From: Thermomicrobiales bacterium
Lineage (GTDB): Bacteria; Chloroflexota; Chloroflexia; Thermomicrobiales; UBA6265
Direction: 5' to 3'
NCBI GenBank assembly: GCA_046328335.1
Contig: JAXLWU010000001.1
Span: 474,586-538,585 of the forward strand
Length of the DNA: 64,000 nucleotides
Every line of letters begins with the position of its first letter. The first letter of the stretch is position 1. A program made the position numbers and the translations under genes. Of the stretch, positions 1 through 9,648 are shown in pieces. The notes below the pieces were generated by a model, which ran no database searches, had not been told where the DNA came from, and worked only from the letters and a program-made list of their open reading frames with translations.

Positions 1-2
1 AA

Positions 3-956
3 CGGTTCGACGGCGCCGATGCCGGACGAGCGGCAGTCGACGATGTCTCCCTCACCATCCAGCCAGGCGAGTTCGTGGTGCTGATCGGACCGTCTGGCTG
101 CGGCAAGACCACCCTGCTGAAACTGATCAATCGCCTCTACGATCCCAGCGACGGCGTGGTCTACATCGATGGCGCCCCATCGCAATCGCTCCCCGGTCCC
201 GAACTGCGTCGCCACATGGGCTACGTCATCCAGCAGGGCGGGCTCTTTCCTCACTACACGGTCGAGCAGAATGTGGCGGTTGTGCCGCGTCTGCTTGGCT
301 GGGATGCCCGCCGCATTCGCGAGCGTGTCGATGAACTCCTCGCGCTGGTTGGCCTGCCGCCGGAGGAATATCGCGCTCGCTACCCTGCTCAACTCTCCGG
401 CGGGCAGCAGCAGCGCGTCGGCATCGCGCGGGCGGTGGCCGCCTCGCCCGGAACCCTGCTCATGGACGAGCCGTTCGGGGCATTGGACGCGATTACCCGT
501 CGTCACCTGCAGGATGAATTGCGCAGTCTTACCAATCGCCTTGGGCAGACGGTTGTTTTCGTGACTCACGATATCGACGAAGCGGCCTCGCTGGCGGACC
601 GGATCGTGGTGATGCGGGCAGGGAGAATGCTCCAGTTCGATACACCGCTGCAAGTGATCATGCACCCCGCCGACCAGTTTGTGGCGGACCTGGTCGGCGC
701 GGACGATCTGCAACGGCGGTTGAGTCTGGTGAGCGTCGCCGCCGCGATGGCGCCGCTGGTGCCAGGGGAGGTCGTTGGCGCGGCCGAGCCGGTGATCGAT
801 CTCCCGATGCGGGTGCAAGGAGCGCTCAACGTCCTGCTCGAGACGGGAGCGCCCCGGCTCTGCGTGCGGGAAAACGGAAAGGTGGTGGGGACGCTTGATC
901 TCGCCGGGGTGCAAGCGGTGAGCGTGCCGCGGGTTGGTTCCGGGGAGCGGGCGTGA
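3..956 (+). CDS. ABC transporter ATP-binding protein, glycine betaine/proline (OpuCA/ProV-like); 5' end cut by window edge
   Basis: Frame is open from base 3 (RFDGADAGRAAVDDVSLTIQPGEF precedes the listed GTG at 75). Walker A GPSGCGKTT, signature LSGGQQQRVGIARA, Walker B LLMDEPFGALD, THD H-loop, CBS-like C-terminal tail. Confidence 0.9.
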   Translation, partial: RFDGADAGRAAVDDVSLTIQPGEFVVLIGPSGCGKTTLLKLINRLYDPSDGVVYIDGAPSQSLPGPELRRHMGYVIQQGGLFPHYTVEQNVAVVPRLLGWDARRIRERVDELLALVGLPPEEYRARYPAQLSGGQQQRVGIARAVAASPGTLLMDEPFGALDAITRRHLQDELRSLTNRLGQTVVFVTHDIDEAASLADRIVVMRAGRMLQFDTPLQVIMHPADQFVADLVGADDLQRRLSLVSVAAAMAPLVPGEVVGAAEPVIDLPMRVQGALNVLLETGAPRLCVRENGKVVGTLDLAGVQAVSVPRVGSGERA

Positions 957-1039
957 GGTTTCCGGAGATGGTCGAGAGGGATGCGGGGGTCTCGAGACGG
1001 TTCTCATCCCAGGGATTGCCCAGACCCCAACCCCAAGAG

Positions 1040-1080
1040 CCCTCACCCCAACCCCTCTCCCATTGCGATGGGAGAGGGGC
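1040..1080 (+). repeat. Family-A interspersed hairpin repeat (CCCTCACCCCAACCCCTCTCCC-loop-GGGAGAGGGGC), copy A1
   Basis: Read directly. CCCCTCTCCC / GGGAGAGGGG inverted arms around ATTGCGAT. Lies between the ABC ATPase stop and the permease start. Confidence 0.85.
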
Positions 1081-1134
1081 TGTCGGGCGCGGCGCGGTTG
1101 CCAATTGGGGCGCAGACGTGCCGACGGAACGCGC

Positions 1135-1779
1135 ATGACGTTCGACTACCTGATCGAGAAGTGGCCGCGGGTCTGGAAGTTGACGCTGGAGCATCTGCAA
1201 CTCTCGGCGACGGCGGTGCTGCTAGCGCTGCTGCTCGCGATCCCGCTAGGCGTGATCGCGGCGCGCAATCCGAAGCTCTCGACGCCGCTGCTGGGATTTC
1301 TCGGCGCCATCTACACCATCCCCAGCCTGGCATTTCTGGCGCTGCTGATTCCGACCCTCGGCATCGGCCGCAGGCCAGCGGTGATCGTCCTCGCCGCGTA
1401 CGCGCAGATCTTCCTGGTGCGCAACATCGCGACCGGACTGCGGGGCGTCGATGCGGCGACGCTGGAAGCGGCGACCGGGATCGGCATGACCCGCTGGCAG
1501 CAGTTTGCCAAGGTACGCTGGCCGCTGGCGCTGCCGGTCATCATCGCCGGGGTGCGCACCGCGTCGGTGACGACGATCAGCCTGGCGACGATCGCCGCCT
1601 GGATCGGGGCGGGCGGGTTGGGCACGCTTCTCTTCGAAGGGATCACCCGCGACGACCCGGACCGCATCCTCGCCGGGGCGATCGCGATTACCGCGCTGGC
1701 GCTGATCACCGATCTGGTGCTGCGCTTCGCCGAGTCGATGACGGCGATCAGCCGGGCGCGGCGGGCCGGAACACGGTAA
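1135..1779 (+). CDS. ABC transporter permease, osmoprotectant (OpuCB/ProW-like)
   Basis: MTFDYLIEKWPRVW... with multiple TM segments and a BPD_transp_1-type EAA region (LEAATGIGMTRWQQFAKVRWPLA). ATG at 1135 was chosen because the longer ORF from 934 translates the repeat element. Confidence 0.88.
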   Translation: MTFDYLIEKWPRVWKLTLEHLQLSATAVLLALLLAIPLGVIAARNPKLSTPLLGFLGAIYTIPSLAFLALLIPTLGIGRRPAVIVLAAYAQIFLVRNIATGLRGVDAATLEAATGIGMTRWQQFAKVRWPLALPVIIAGVRTASVTTISLATIAAWIGAGGLGTLLFEGITRDDPDRILAGAIAITALALITDLVLRFAESMTAISRARRAGTR

Positions 1780-1785
1780 CGCGTA

Positions 1786-1826
1786 CCCTCACCCTAACCC
1801 CTCGCCCCGCGCACGGGGCGAGGGGC
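1786..1826 (+). repeat. Family-A repeat, copy A2 (CTCGCCCC/GGGGCGAG stem variant)
   Basis: CCCTCACCCTAACCCCTCGCCCCGCGCACGGGGCGAGGGGC in the convergent gap between the permease (+) and the giant gene (-). Possible bidirectional terminator. Confidence 0.8.
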
Positions 1827-1963
1827 TTTCTTGACGCGTCGAGGTCGACCCAATGCCACGCGAGCGGCCGATTTCGGCCATCCCTCCCCGGGCAAGGGAG
1901 CGACGGAAGCGGCGCCAGGGTCAGAGATCGGCAGCGTATGACGTCGCCCACCTAAAGTCCAAA

Positions 1964-4900
1964 TCAATCAACGCAAATCGGCACCGCGCCGACCGGACGG
2001 CAGTTGTTCGGGGTGTTCCCGGTGACGATGGCGGCGTCGGCGAGAGTTACCGTGCCGCTGGCCTCGTAGACGCCGCCGCCGACGGTTGTGGCGGTGTTGC
2101 CGGTGACCCGAGCCCCGGCCTGCAGCGTCGCGGTGGCCGGGCCACCGGAGTTGACGTTGTAGAGCCCGCCGCCTGTACTCGCGCGGTTATTCCTGATCTC
2201 CCCGGCGACGAGCAGCGTGCCTCGGTTCCCAACTCCCCCGCCTTGATTCGCGCGGTTGTTTTCCACAACGCTGCCCGCGTGCAGCGTGGCCGTCGTCATG
2301 GTGCTGAGCAGGATCCCGCCACCGCTGAGGGATGCGGTATTCCCTGCGACAACGCTGCCGGACTCCAGCGTTAGCGACACCACCCCGTCAAAGGCATTCG
2401 AGATGCCGCCACCGTCGCCCTGCGAGGTGTTGCCCGTCACGCTGCTACCCGCGCGCAGCGTCGCGGTGCCGCCGCCATTGCGGATTCCCGCACCCGCGGA
2501 GCCGGCGGTGTTGTTCGTCACGCGGGCGCCGTCGCCCAGTATGAGTGTGCCGTCGTTATGGATTCCCCCCCCGAATGTGTTTGCCGCGTTGTTCGTCACG
2601 GCGACGCCTTCGAGGGTCAGCGTGCCGCTGTTGGAGATCCCGCCGCCGGTGTTCGCCTGTCCGCCGGTCACGGCCAGGTCTCGCAGGGTCGTGGTCACCC
2701 CGCTGTTGACCGTCACCACGCGGCCGCCCAGCCCGGTCCCGTCGACGACCGTGCCACCCGTCCCCGAGCCCGCCCCGACTAACGTCAGGTTGTTCTTGGT
2801 GATGGTGATGCGCTCGGCGTAGGTCCCGGCGCAGAGACGGATGGTGGAGCCAGCGGGGAGGGCGGTGATGGCCGCTGCGATCGTAGTGAAGCGGCAGCCG
2901 CTAGGGCAGACATCGCCACAGGCGCAGCTCCCGGTGCCGTTGCAGACCGGGGTGGCCCCGGTGCATGAGTTGCCGCAGGAGCCGCAATTGGTGGGATCGC
3001 TATTCAGGTCCGAGCAGCCGTTGCCGCAGCACGTCAACCCCGGCCCGCACGCCGTACTGCCGTTGCCCGGGCAGACGCAGGCCCCTCCCTGGCAGGTAGG
3101 CGCTCCCACCGGGCAGACCGTGGCGCAGTCTCCGCAGTGGTTCGGGTCGGTCTGCGTGTCGACGCAGATTCCGCCGCACGCGACGAAGCCGGTACCGCAG
3201 CAGACGCCGTCCGTCGGGTTGGGGCAGGCGCCGCTGATGGTGCCACCGAAGCCGGCGTCGCACTGGAGGTCGCCAGCGGCGCCGTTGCCGCAGACGATGG
3301 TGCCGGATTGCAGCGTCATAGCGCCGCCGGTGTTGCTGAAGATGCCGTCGCCGCTCGCGCTGGACTGGTTGCCCTGGATTCGGCTCGGGCCGCTTGGCGA
3401 AGGACCGATGGTGGCCGGGCCGAAGCTGACGATGCCACCGCCGTTGCCGCCGGTCGCCGTGTTGTCGGTCACGCTGGTGCCTTCCAGGAGCAGGGTGGCG
3501 CTGGTGCCATTAGCGATGCCGCCGCCGGCGCCACCCGCCGTGTTGCCCGACACCGACGAGTCGGTCAGCGTAGCCGCACCGCCGGCGCCGATCGCGATCC
3601 CACCGCCGTTGCGCTCGGTGGCGGTGTTGCCCGTCACCTCGGTGTTCACCAACTCCATCTCACCGGCGGTGAAGATGCCGCCGCCTGCGCCGTCGACGCG
3701 GTTGCCGGTCACTGCGCAGTCGGTCAGCGTGGCGCGGGCGCCGGGCCGGTTGGAGAGGCCGCCGCCCGTGGCGAGGTTGGGCGCAACTCCCTGGATGACG
3801 CTGTTCGTGATCGCACACCGCTCCATCGTCAGCGTGCCGAAGTTCTGGATGCCGCCGCCGTTGCTGCTCGACGTGGCCCGCGTCACTTTCAGGTCGCGCA
3901 ATGCGACCGTCGGTTGGGGCGACGTTTCCGCTGACCCGATGCGCAGCAGGTAACCGCCACCCTTGATCTGCAGCACGCTTGCGTTTGCGCCGCTCGCCCC
4001 GGCTCCGACCAAAGTCAGATTCTCGATGATGGGCACGGGTGGGCTAGGCGGGGTGTTGCGCACGGTCCAGGTGCCAGGGCAGAGGGTGATCGTCGCGTCC
4101 GCCGCGGCGTTGGTGATCGCCGTCTTCAAACCATCGGTACCGTCCGGGTGGTTCGGGTCGGGGCTGAGGCAACCACCGGGGCCGTAGCAGTTGTCGGTGT
4201 TGCTGACGCAGGCGCCGTTGCATTCATGGTAACCCGTGTTGCAGGCGAAGCCGCACGTCCCGTTGACGCAGGTGGCGGCGGCGTTCGCGGGTGGCGCGGC
4301 GCATGCGGTAGCGCAGTCCCCGCAGTGGGCCGGGTCGGTGCGCGTGTCGACGCAGGTTCCGGTGCAGCAGCTGAAGCCCTCGGCGTTGCACCCTTCCGCC
4401 TGAGTGTCGTTCAGATCGGCAAGGCCGCAGGTGCCGGCGTCGCAGGTCGCGGCCTGGCAGATTTCTCCCGCCGGGCAGGTCCCCGCCACCTCGCACTGCA
4501 CGCATTGGTGCGCGGCGGTGCAGATGAGGGCCAGTGGTTCGCCCTCCGGCGGGCAGCCGGTGGCCGCGGGATCACTGCCGGGGCAGCACTCGCCGCCAGC
4601 GATGCAGTCGCCAGCGCAGCAGACGCCCGCCGCATCGCCCTCACCGCAGGTCCCGGTCTCGTTGATCGCCGTGGTCACGCAGGCGCCGGTCGCCGGGTCG
4701 CAGGCGGAGTTGAGGCAGGCGGTGCTGGCCTCTTCGCAAGGCGCGGTCAGGCAGGTGGCGCCGCAGATGCGCGCGTTCGGGCAGCAACTGCCAGCGAGGC
4801 AGGTCTCGTCAGCGGCACAGGCTGTGTCGCAATTGCCGCAGTACCGCTCGTCGCTGGCAAGATCGACACACTCATCGTGGCAAACGTCCGGGGTGGCGGG

Positions 4901-7900
4901 TGGGCAGACGCAGGTTCCCGCCTCGCAGGTGGCGCCTTGCGGACAGACGGTGTCGCACGTGCCGCAGTGGTTGGCCGTGATCAGCAGGTCGGTTTCGCAG
5001 CCGTTGGCGGGATCGCCGTCGCAGTTGCCCCAGTTCCCCTCGCAGGTGAAGCCGCAGGCCGCGCCATCGCAGGTGGCGGTGGCGTGGTCTGGGGTCGGAC
5101 ATGGGGTGCAGCGCGTGCCGCAGTGCGCCGGGTCGCTGCTAGAGACGCAGACGCCGGTGCAGTCGTGGAAGCCGGCGTCACAGGCGCAGGCGTCGCTCAC
5201 GCAGTGGAAGCCGTGCTCGGTGTCGCAGGCAAGACAGATGCCGCCGTTGGGACCGCAGGTGGTGTCGCTCACCGCGGCGCAGGTTCCCCGGTCCTCTCCG
5301 TCAGGGATGTCGCAGCAGCCGTCGGCGCAGGTGCACTGCAGCGTCTGGTTGCAGCCGTTGGAGATGGCCCCGCACTCGCCCGGGAAGTCCTCGCACGTCT
5401 TCGGCTGGCAGACGCATTCTCCTCCGATGCAGGCGTCCTGATCGCCGGTGCAGCAGACCCCGTTGCAGCAGCCCGCTCCCGGGCAGTCATCGTTCGGCCC
5501 GTCCGGGGCCAGCGGATCGGAGCAATCGCCCGTTGCCGAATCGCAGACCCCGGCCAGGTGGCAGGCATCGAGGGGTTGGCAGACGACGGGGTTGCCGCCG
5601 GTGCAGACTCCCGCCTGGCAGGTGTCGGTGCGGGTGCAGGCGTCCTGGTCATCACAGGGACTGCCGTCCGCCTTCTGCGGGTGGGAGCACTCCCCGGTGG
5701 CGGGGTCGCAGGCTCCCGCCGCGTGGCACTGGTCTAGCGGCGAGCAGACCACCGCCGCGCCGCTCTGGCACGTCCCGTCCTGGCAGGTGTCACCGATGGT
5801 GCACTGATCGCCATCGTCGCAACTGGCGCCATTCGGCTTGGTCGGGTTCGAGCAGACCCCGGTGTCCGGGTCGCAGGTCCCCGCCGCGTGACACTGATCG
5901 AGCGGGGTACAGGTCACGGCGGCGCCGGAGGTGCAGACTCCCGCCTGACAGGTATCCCCGACGGTGCACTTGTTGCCGTCGTCACACGGCGTGTCGTTCG
6001 GTTTCAAGGGGTTGGAGCAAACCCCGGTGGCGGGGTTGCAGATTCCTACCGCGTGGCACTGGTCCAAGGCGGTGCAGATGACCGGGTTCCCGCCCACACA
6101 GGTTCCGTTCTGGCAGGTGTCGGTGCGGGTGCACTGGTTGCCGTCGCTGCAGGGGCTGCCGTTCGGCCTGGGTGGATTGGAGCAGACCCCGGTGGCGGGG
6201 TCGCAGGTTCCGGCCTCGTGGCACGGGTCGAGCGGCGGGCAGGTCACCGGGTTGCCACCGCGGCAGACCCCATCCTGGCAGGTGTCCGTCCGGGTGCATT
6301 TGTTCCCGTCGTCGCAAATCGTGCCGTTTTGTTTGGTGGGGTTGGAGCAGTTCCCGGTTGCCGGATTGCAGGTCCCCCGCTCATGGCACTGGTCGGGATC
6401 GGGGCAGACGACAGGGTTGCCGCCGACGCAGTGGCCGTTCTGGCACGTATCCGTCCGGGTGCAGGCATCCCCATCGTTGCAGGACGCGCCGTTCGTCTTG
6501 TCAACCAGGATGCACTTGCCCGCGTCGGCGCCGCCGCCGCAGACCGCGGTCCGGCACTGGGGCACCGCTCCATCGAAGGTGCATGGCGTGCCCGCTTCTT
6601 TCGGGGCGTAGGCGCAGGAGCCGTCCGCCGGGTCGCACACCCCGCGCTCGTAGCACTCGTCAGGTTCCGGACAGATCACCGGATCGCCGCCGCGGCAGGC
6701 GCCGCCTTGGCAGGTGTCATTGATGGTGCACGGGTTGTCGTCGTCGCAGGGGCTGCCGTCGTCTTTCGCCGGGTTGGTGCAGTCGCCGGTAGTGGGATTG
6801 CACTCGCCGCGGCGGTGGCACTGGTCGGGGTCCGGGCAGACTACCGCGGCTCCGCCGACGCAGACCCCGTTGCGGCAGGCGTCGTCGACGGTGCACTGGT
6901 TGCCATCGTCGCAGGGGGCGCCGTTCTCCTTCGCCGGATAGGCACATTCGCCCGTGCCGGGGTCACACGTTCCTCGTTCGTGGCATTGGTCCGGATCGGG
7001 GCAGACAACAGGGTTGCTTCCGACACAGCGGCCGTTTTGGCACGTGTCGCCGCGGGTGCATTTGTCGCCGTCGTCGCAGGAGGCGCCGTTCGCCTTGTCG
7101 CGGGTCTGGCAAGTGCCGTCGGCGGCGCAAATCGCCTCCCGGCATGGCTCAGCCGGCTGAGTGCAGTCGCCGTTGGTGCGGCAGCCAGCACACTGGCCGT
7201 TGTGGCAGTAGGGACGCGCGGGCGGGCACTGGTCGTTGGTGCAGCAGGCTTGGCACTTGGCATCGGTGCCGCTGCCGCAACAGAGCGGAGTCGGCGCGGC
7301 ACAGGTGGCGCCAGAACCGCACTTGCAGACGTGGCTGGCGCAGCGATTGCCGCTCGAGCCGCAGTCGGCATTCGTGCAGCAGTCGCCGCTGAAGCACTTG
7401 CCGTCGCAGCAGACTTTGCCGCTGCCGCAGGGATGCTGGGCATCGCAGGTGGGGCAGCACGCCGAGCCGTTGCCGCAACCGCTGGTGTTGGTCGAACCGT
7501 TGGGCATGGTGGTGCGACAGTAGATGACGTCGGTGAGATTGGCGCCATTGAGATTGGCGCCGGTGAGGTTGGCGTCGACGAAGCAGACCTTGTTGAGGTT
7601 GGCGCCGTTGAAGTTCGCGTTGCGCAGATTGGCGCCAGCGAACGAGGCATTGGCGAGGTTGGATTGGTTGAAGTTCGCTCCGGCGAGATTGCGGCCCTTG
7701 TAGCAGCAGTGTTTCAGCGTCTTCTTGGGTCCGGGCGCGCAGTTGTCATCGGAACAACAGGACAGGGCGACGCGCGGGATGTCTGTCGCGCGGCGCTTGG
7801 CGCGCGTCTTGGCCTCAGGGTCGCGGCCATGTCGCTCGCCGGTTCCTCCTGACTGACGCGAGCCGTCCTTGTCTCGATCTCGATCTCTTTGCCGGTCGGC

Positions 7901-8050
7901 CTTGTTGCGGTCGTGATGCTTGTGATGGGCCAGACCGGATAACGGGAGCACCTGCTTCAGCAAGCCGCCGATAATGAGGCCGAAGGCGCCGCGGCGGGAT
8001 GCGCGCTGGCTGAACACGCGGGTCAGGCGATCGAATTGAGACGGATCCAT
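1964..8050 (-). CDS. Giant secreted Cys-rich repeat protein (Tat-like leader, pentapeptide repeats, about 10 x 55-aa Cys modules, two parallel beta-helix blocks)
   Basis: Single 2,028-codon ORF. N-terminus FDRLTRVFSQRASRRGAFGLIIGGLL. A(N/D)LxGANL pentapeptide run at aa ~119-176. Repeating NGxxCDDGNxCTxxDTCQxGxCxGGNPVxCxxxDQCHxxGTCDPATGxCSNP units. xHCGxC motifs. GGGIxNxGTLTL beta-helix turns. GGAAGGGAC lies just 5' of the ATG. Confidence 0.9.
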   Translation of the reverse strand: MDPSQFDRLTRVFSQRASRRGAFGLIIGGLLKQVLPLSGLAHHKHHDRNKADRQRDRDRDKDGSRQSGGTGERHGRDPEAKTRAKRRATDIPRVALSCCSDDNCAPGPKKTLKHCCYKGRNLAGANFNQSNLANASFAGANLRNANFNGANLNKVCFVDANLTGANLNGANLTDVIYCRTTMPNGSTNTSGCGNGSACCPTCDAQHPCGSGKVCCDGKCFSGDCCTNADCGSSGNRCASHVCKCGSGATCAAPTPLCCGSGTDAKCQACCTNDQCPPARPYCHNGQCAGCRTNGDCTQPAEPCREAICAADGTCQTRDKANGASCDDGDKCTRGDTCQNGRCVGSNPVVCPDPDQCHERGTCDPGTGECAYPAKENGAPCDDGNQCTVDDACRNGVCVGGAAVVCPDPDQCHRRGECNPTTGDCTNPAKDDGSPCDDDNPCTINDTCQGGACRGGDPVICPEPDECYERGVCDPADGSCAYAPKEAGTPCTFDGAVPQCRTAVCGGGADAGKCILVDKTNGASCNDGDACTRTDTCQNGHCVGGNPVVCPDPDQCHERGTCNPATGNCSNPTKQNGTICDDGNKCTRTDTCQDGVCRGGNPVTCPPLDPCHEAGTCDPATGVCSNPPRPNGSPCSDGNQCTRTDTCQNGTCVGGNPVICTALDQCHAVGICNPATGVCSNPLKPNDTPCDDGNKCTVGDTCQAGVCTSGAAVTCTPLDQCHAAGTCDPDTGVCSNPTKPNGASCDDGDQCTIGDTCQDGTCQSGAAVVCSPLDQCHAAGACDPATGECSHPQKADGSPCDDQDACTRTDTCQAGVCTGGNPVVCQPLDACHLAGVCDSATGDCSDPLAPDGPNDDCPGAGCCNGVCCTGDQDACIGGECVCQPKTCEDFPGECGAISNGCNQTLQCTCADGCCDIPDGEDRGTCAAVSDTTCGPNGGICLACDTEHGFHCVSDACACDAGFHDCTGVCVSSSDPAHCGTRCTPCPTPDHATATCDGAACGFTCEGNWGNCDGDPANGCETDLLITANHCGTCDTVCPQGATCEAGTCVCPPATPDVCHDECVDLASDERYCGNCDTACAADETCLAGSCCPNARICGATCLTAPCEEASTACLNSACDPATGACVTTAINETGTCGEGDAAGVCCAGDCIAGGECCPGSDPAATGCPPEGEPLALICTAAHQCVQCEVAGTCPAGEICQAATCDAGTCGLADLNDTQAEGCNAEGFSCCTGTCVDTRTDPAHCGDCATACAAPPANAAATCVNGTCGFACNTGYHECNGACVSNTDNCYGPGGCLSPDPNHPDGTDGLKTAITNAAADATITLCPGTWTVRNTPPSPPVPIIENLTLVGAGASGANASVLQIKGGGYLLRIGSAETSPQPTVALRDLKVTRATSSSNGGGIQNFGTLTMERCAITNSVIQGVAPNLATGGGLSNRPGARATLTDCAVTGNRVDGAGGGIFTAGEMELVNTEVTGNTATERNGGGIAIGAGGAATLTDSSVSGNTAGGAGGGIANGTSATLLLEGTSVTDNTATGGNGGGIVSFGPATIGPSPSGPSRIQGNQSSASGDGIFSNTGGAMTLQSGTIVCGNGAAGDLQCDAGFGGTISGACPNPTDGVCCGTGFVACGGICVDTQTDPNHCGDCATVCPVGAPTCQGGACVCPGNGSTACGPGLTCCGNGCSDLNSDPTNCGSCGNSCTGATPVCNGTGSCACGDVCPSGCRFTTIAAAITALPAGSTIRLCAGTYAERITITKNNLTLVGAGSGTGGTVVDGTGLGGRVVTVNSGVTTTLRDLAVTGGQANTGGGISNSGTLTLEGVAVTNNAANTFGGGIHNDGTLILGDGARVTNNTAGSAGAGIRNGGGTATLRAGSSVTGNTSQGDGGGISNAFDGVVSLTLESGSVVAGNTASLSGGGILLSTMTTATLHAGSVVENNRANQGGGVGNRGTLLVAGEIRNNRASTGGGLYNVNSGGPATATLQAGARVTGNTATTVGGGVYEASGTVTLADAAIVTGNTPNNCRPVGAVPICVD
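5501..7099 (-). repeat. About 165-bp period tandem coding repeat (about 10 diverged units) inside the giant gene
   Basis: Protein units begin at about aa 320, 376, 431, (486 variant), 520, 575, 630, 685, 740 and 795, a 55-aa period. Coordinates were back-calculated from the ORF. Confidence 0.8.
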
Positions 8051-8343
8051 GTCCCTTCCCGTCCTTCCCGTGACACCGGATCAGATTGGTTCGCCTGTCA
8101 GTAATCCTTGTCTGGGTCGACTCTGCTGTGAACGAATTCACTCCAGCAGTGGGGCCCGGACCTGCCCTCGGGCTTCTCACCGTCGATCTTGGCATTCACT
8201 TGCGGCTTCAACTTAGAGCTCTTAGTGTAGCGCAAACGACAAAAACTGCGCAGAATAGCTGCAAAAAAGTCTCACATTCGAGGCGGAGGTGGTGAAGATG
8301 AAGTGCAATAGAACGAGGATTTAGGAGCACCCGGGATCAGCGA

Positions 8344-9603
8344 TCAGATCCAGGTCACTGAAGCGTCGGATGGGCCACTGTCAGTCTCCAGCGCGAGTGC
8401 GATCTCGCTCCGTGCGCCGGCGTTCCGCTCACGCGTCCAGGCAACTGCAAGGGCTTTTCGGGCCATGCCGCCGCCAATCTGGCCGAGTGCCCAAGCCGCA
8501 TGCCCGCGCACCAAGGGGCGATCGTGGCCGAGCAGGGCGCGGATGAGATGGGGGAGGCCCTGATCCGTTCCCAGATTGCCGAGGGCGACGGCGGCGTTGC
8601 GGGCGAGGCCCTCGCGTTTGGCGCGGGTGATCGCGGTGCCGCGGAAGACATCGCGAAAGGTTTGCTCGGACATGGTCAGCAGGAAGGGCAGACTGGGGTA
8701 GGCATGCTCGATGCGCCCAGGGAGAAACGCGGGGTCCGGCTCGGGACGAGCCGCGCCGGTGTAGGGACAGACATCCTGGCAGACATCGCAGCCGAAGACC
8801 CAGTCGCCCACCGCCTGGCGCACGTCGCGCGGGATGGCGCCGCGCTGCTCGATGGTCTGGAACGAGATGCACGAAGGGGCGTGCACCGTGTACGGCGCGA
8901 CGATCGCGCCGGTCGGACAGCGATCGAGACAGATCTGGCAGTGTCCGCAGGTCTGATTGATAGGGTGGTCCGGTTCGAGATCGAGATCGAGCAGGAGTTC
9001 GCCCAGCATCACCCACGAGCCGTGCCCGGGGACGATGAGACACGCGTTCTTGCCGTACCAGCCGAGTCCGGCGCGGGCGGCCACGGCGCGATCGACGATG
9101 CGGGCGTGGTCGGTGAGAAAGCGGGCCTCCACTGGGTGCTCCACCAGGCGTTCGATATCGGCATGGAGGGAACGCATGCGGTCCGGGAGCAGACGGTGAT
9201 AGTCGACGCCGCGCGCGTACCGGCTGATGCGGCCGCGGGGTATGCCATCATCAGGTTTTCCTTCGTCAGCGCCCCAGTAGGCGATCCCGACGGAGAGAAT
9301 CGATTGCGCCGCCGAAAGAAGCACCGCGGGGTCGCACGACTCCGCGGCACGCTGATGGGTAAACCAGTCCAGACCGGCGAGATGACCGCGATCGATCCGG
9401 TCGCGCAAAATGGGAAGTACATCGTGCAGGGCCGTCGCATCGGTCACGGCCGACACGGAGAGTCCATGGGACCGGGCCAGGCGTTTGACGGCTGTGGTGA
9501 GGCGTTGGCGCTCTGATACGGGAGGCTGGAGCGTCAGGGCGGCCGAGGCGTGAGCAGGGGCGGTCATGGTCGAAGTATCACCTTGAACGGATTGGGCGGT
9601 CAC
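8344..9603 (-). CDS. queG: tRNA epoxyqueuosine(34) reductase
   Basis: Two ferredoxin-type clusters (CGHCQICLDRCPTGAI, CDVCQDVCPY), the conserved GWYGKN motif and a C-terminal HEAT-like repeat (HAAWALGQIG). Start could instead be the internal MTAPAH. Confidence 0.85.
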   Translation of the reverse strand: MTAQSVQGDTSTMTAPAHASAALTLQPPVSERQRLTTAVKRLARSHGLSVSAVTDATALHDVLPILRDRIDRGHLAGLDWFTHQRAAESCDPAVLLSAAQSILSVGIAYWGADEGKPDDGIPRGRISRYARGVDYHRLLPDRMRSLHADIERLVEHPVEARFLTDHARIVDRAVAARAGLGWYGKNACLIVPGHGSWVMLGELLLDLDLEPDHPINQTCGHCQICLDRCPTGAIVAPYTVHAPSCISFQTIEQRGAIPRDVRQAVGDWVFGCDVCQDVCPYTGAARPEPDPAFLPGRIEHAYPSLPFLLTMSEQTFRDVFRGTAITRAKREGLARNAAVALGNLGTDQGLPHLIRALLGHDRPLVRGHAAWALGQIGGGMARKALAVAWTRERNAGARSEIALALETDSGPSDASVTWI

Positions 9604-9648
9604 CGATCATGTATCTGTCACCCGAGCATTACCCGCGAAAGAGAGCGC

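Noticed and set aside
934-1134. N-terminal extension of the permease ORF (start at 934) and similar extensions at 16644-17642, 50196-51617, 29231-31237, 13203-15299 and 23062-24177
   Set aside because: The extensions translate intergenic repeats or overlap neighbouring genes. Internal ATGs with SD sequences give family-typical N-termini.
5501-7099. A periodic repeat array that might suggest CRISPR
   Set aside because: The period is 165 bp with no unique spacers, it lies entirely within one reading frame, and no cas genes are present.
2256-7852. Long + strand ORFs (for example 2841-3953, 4148-5737, 4404-5441, 5888-7852) opposite the giant gene
   Set aside because: They are antisense shadows of a strongly supported minus-strand ORF in high-GC DNA. 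Their products are Ala/Gly/Arg/Val/Pro low-complexity with no motifs.
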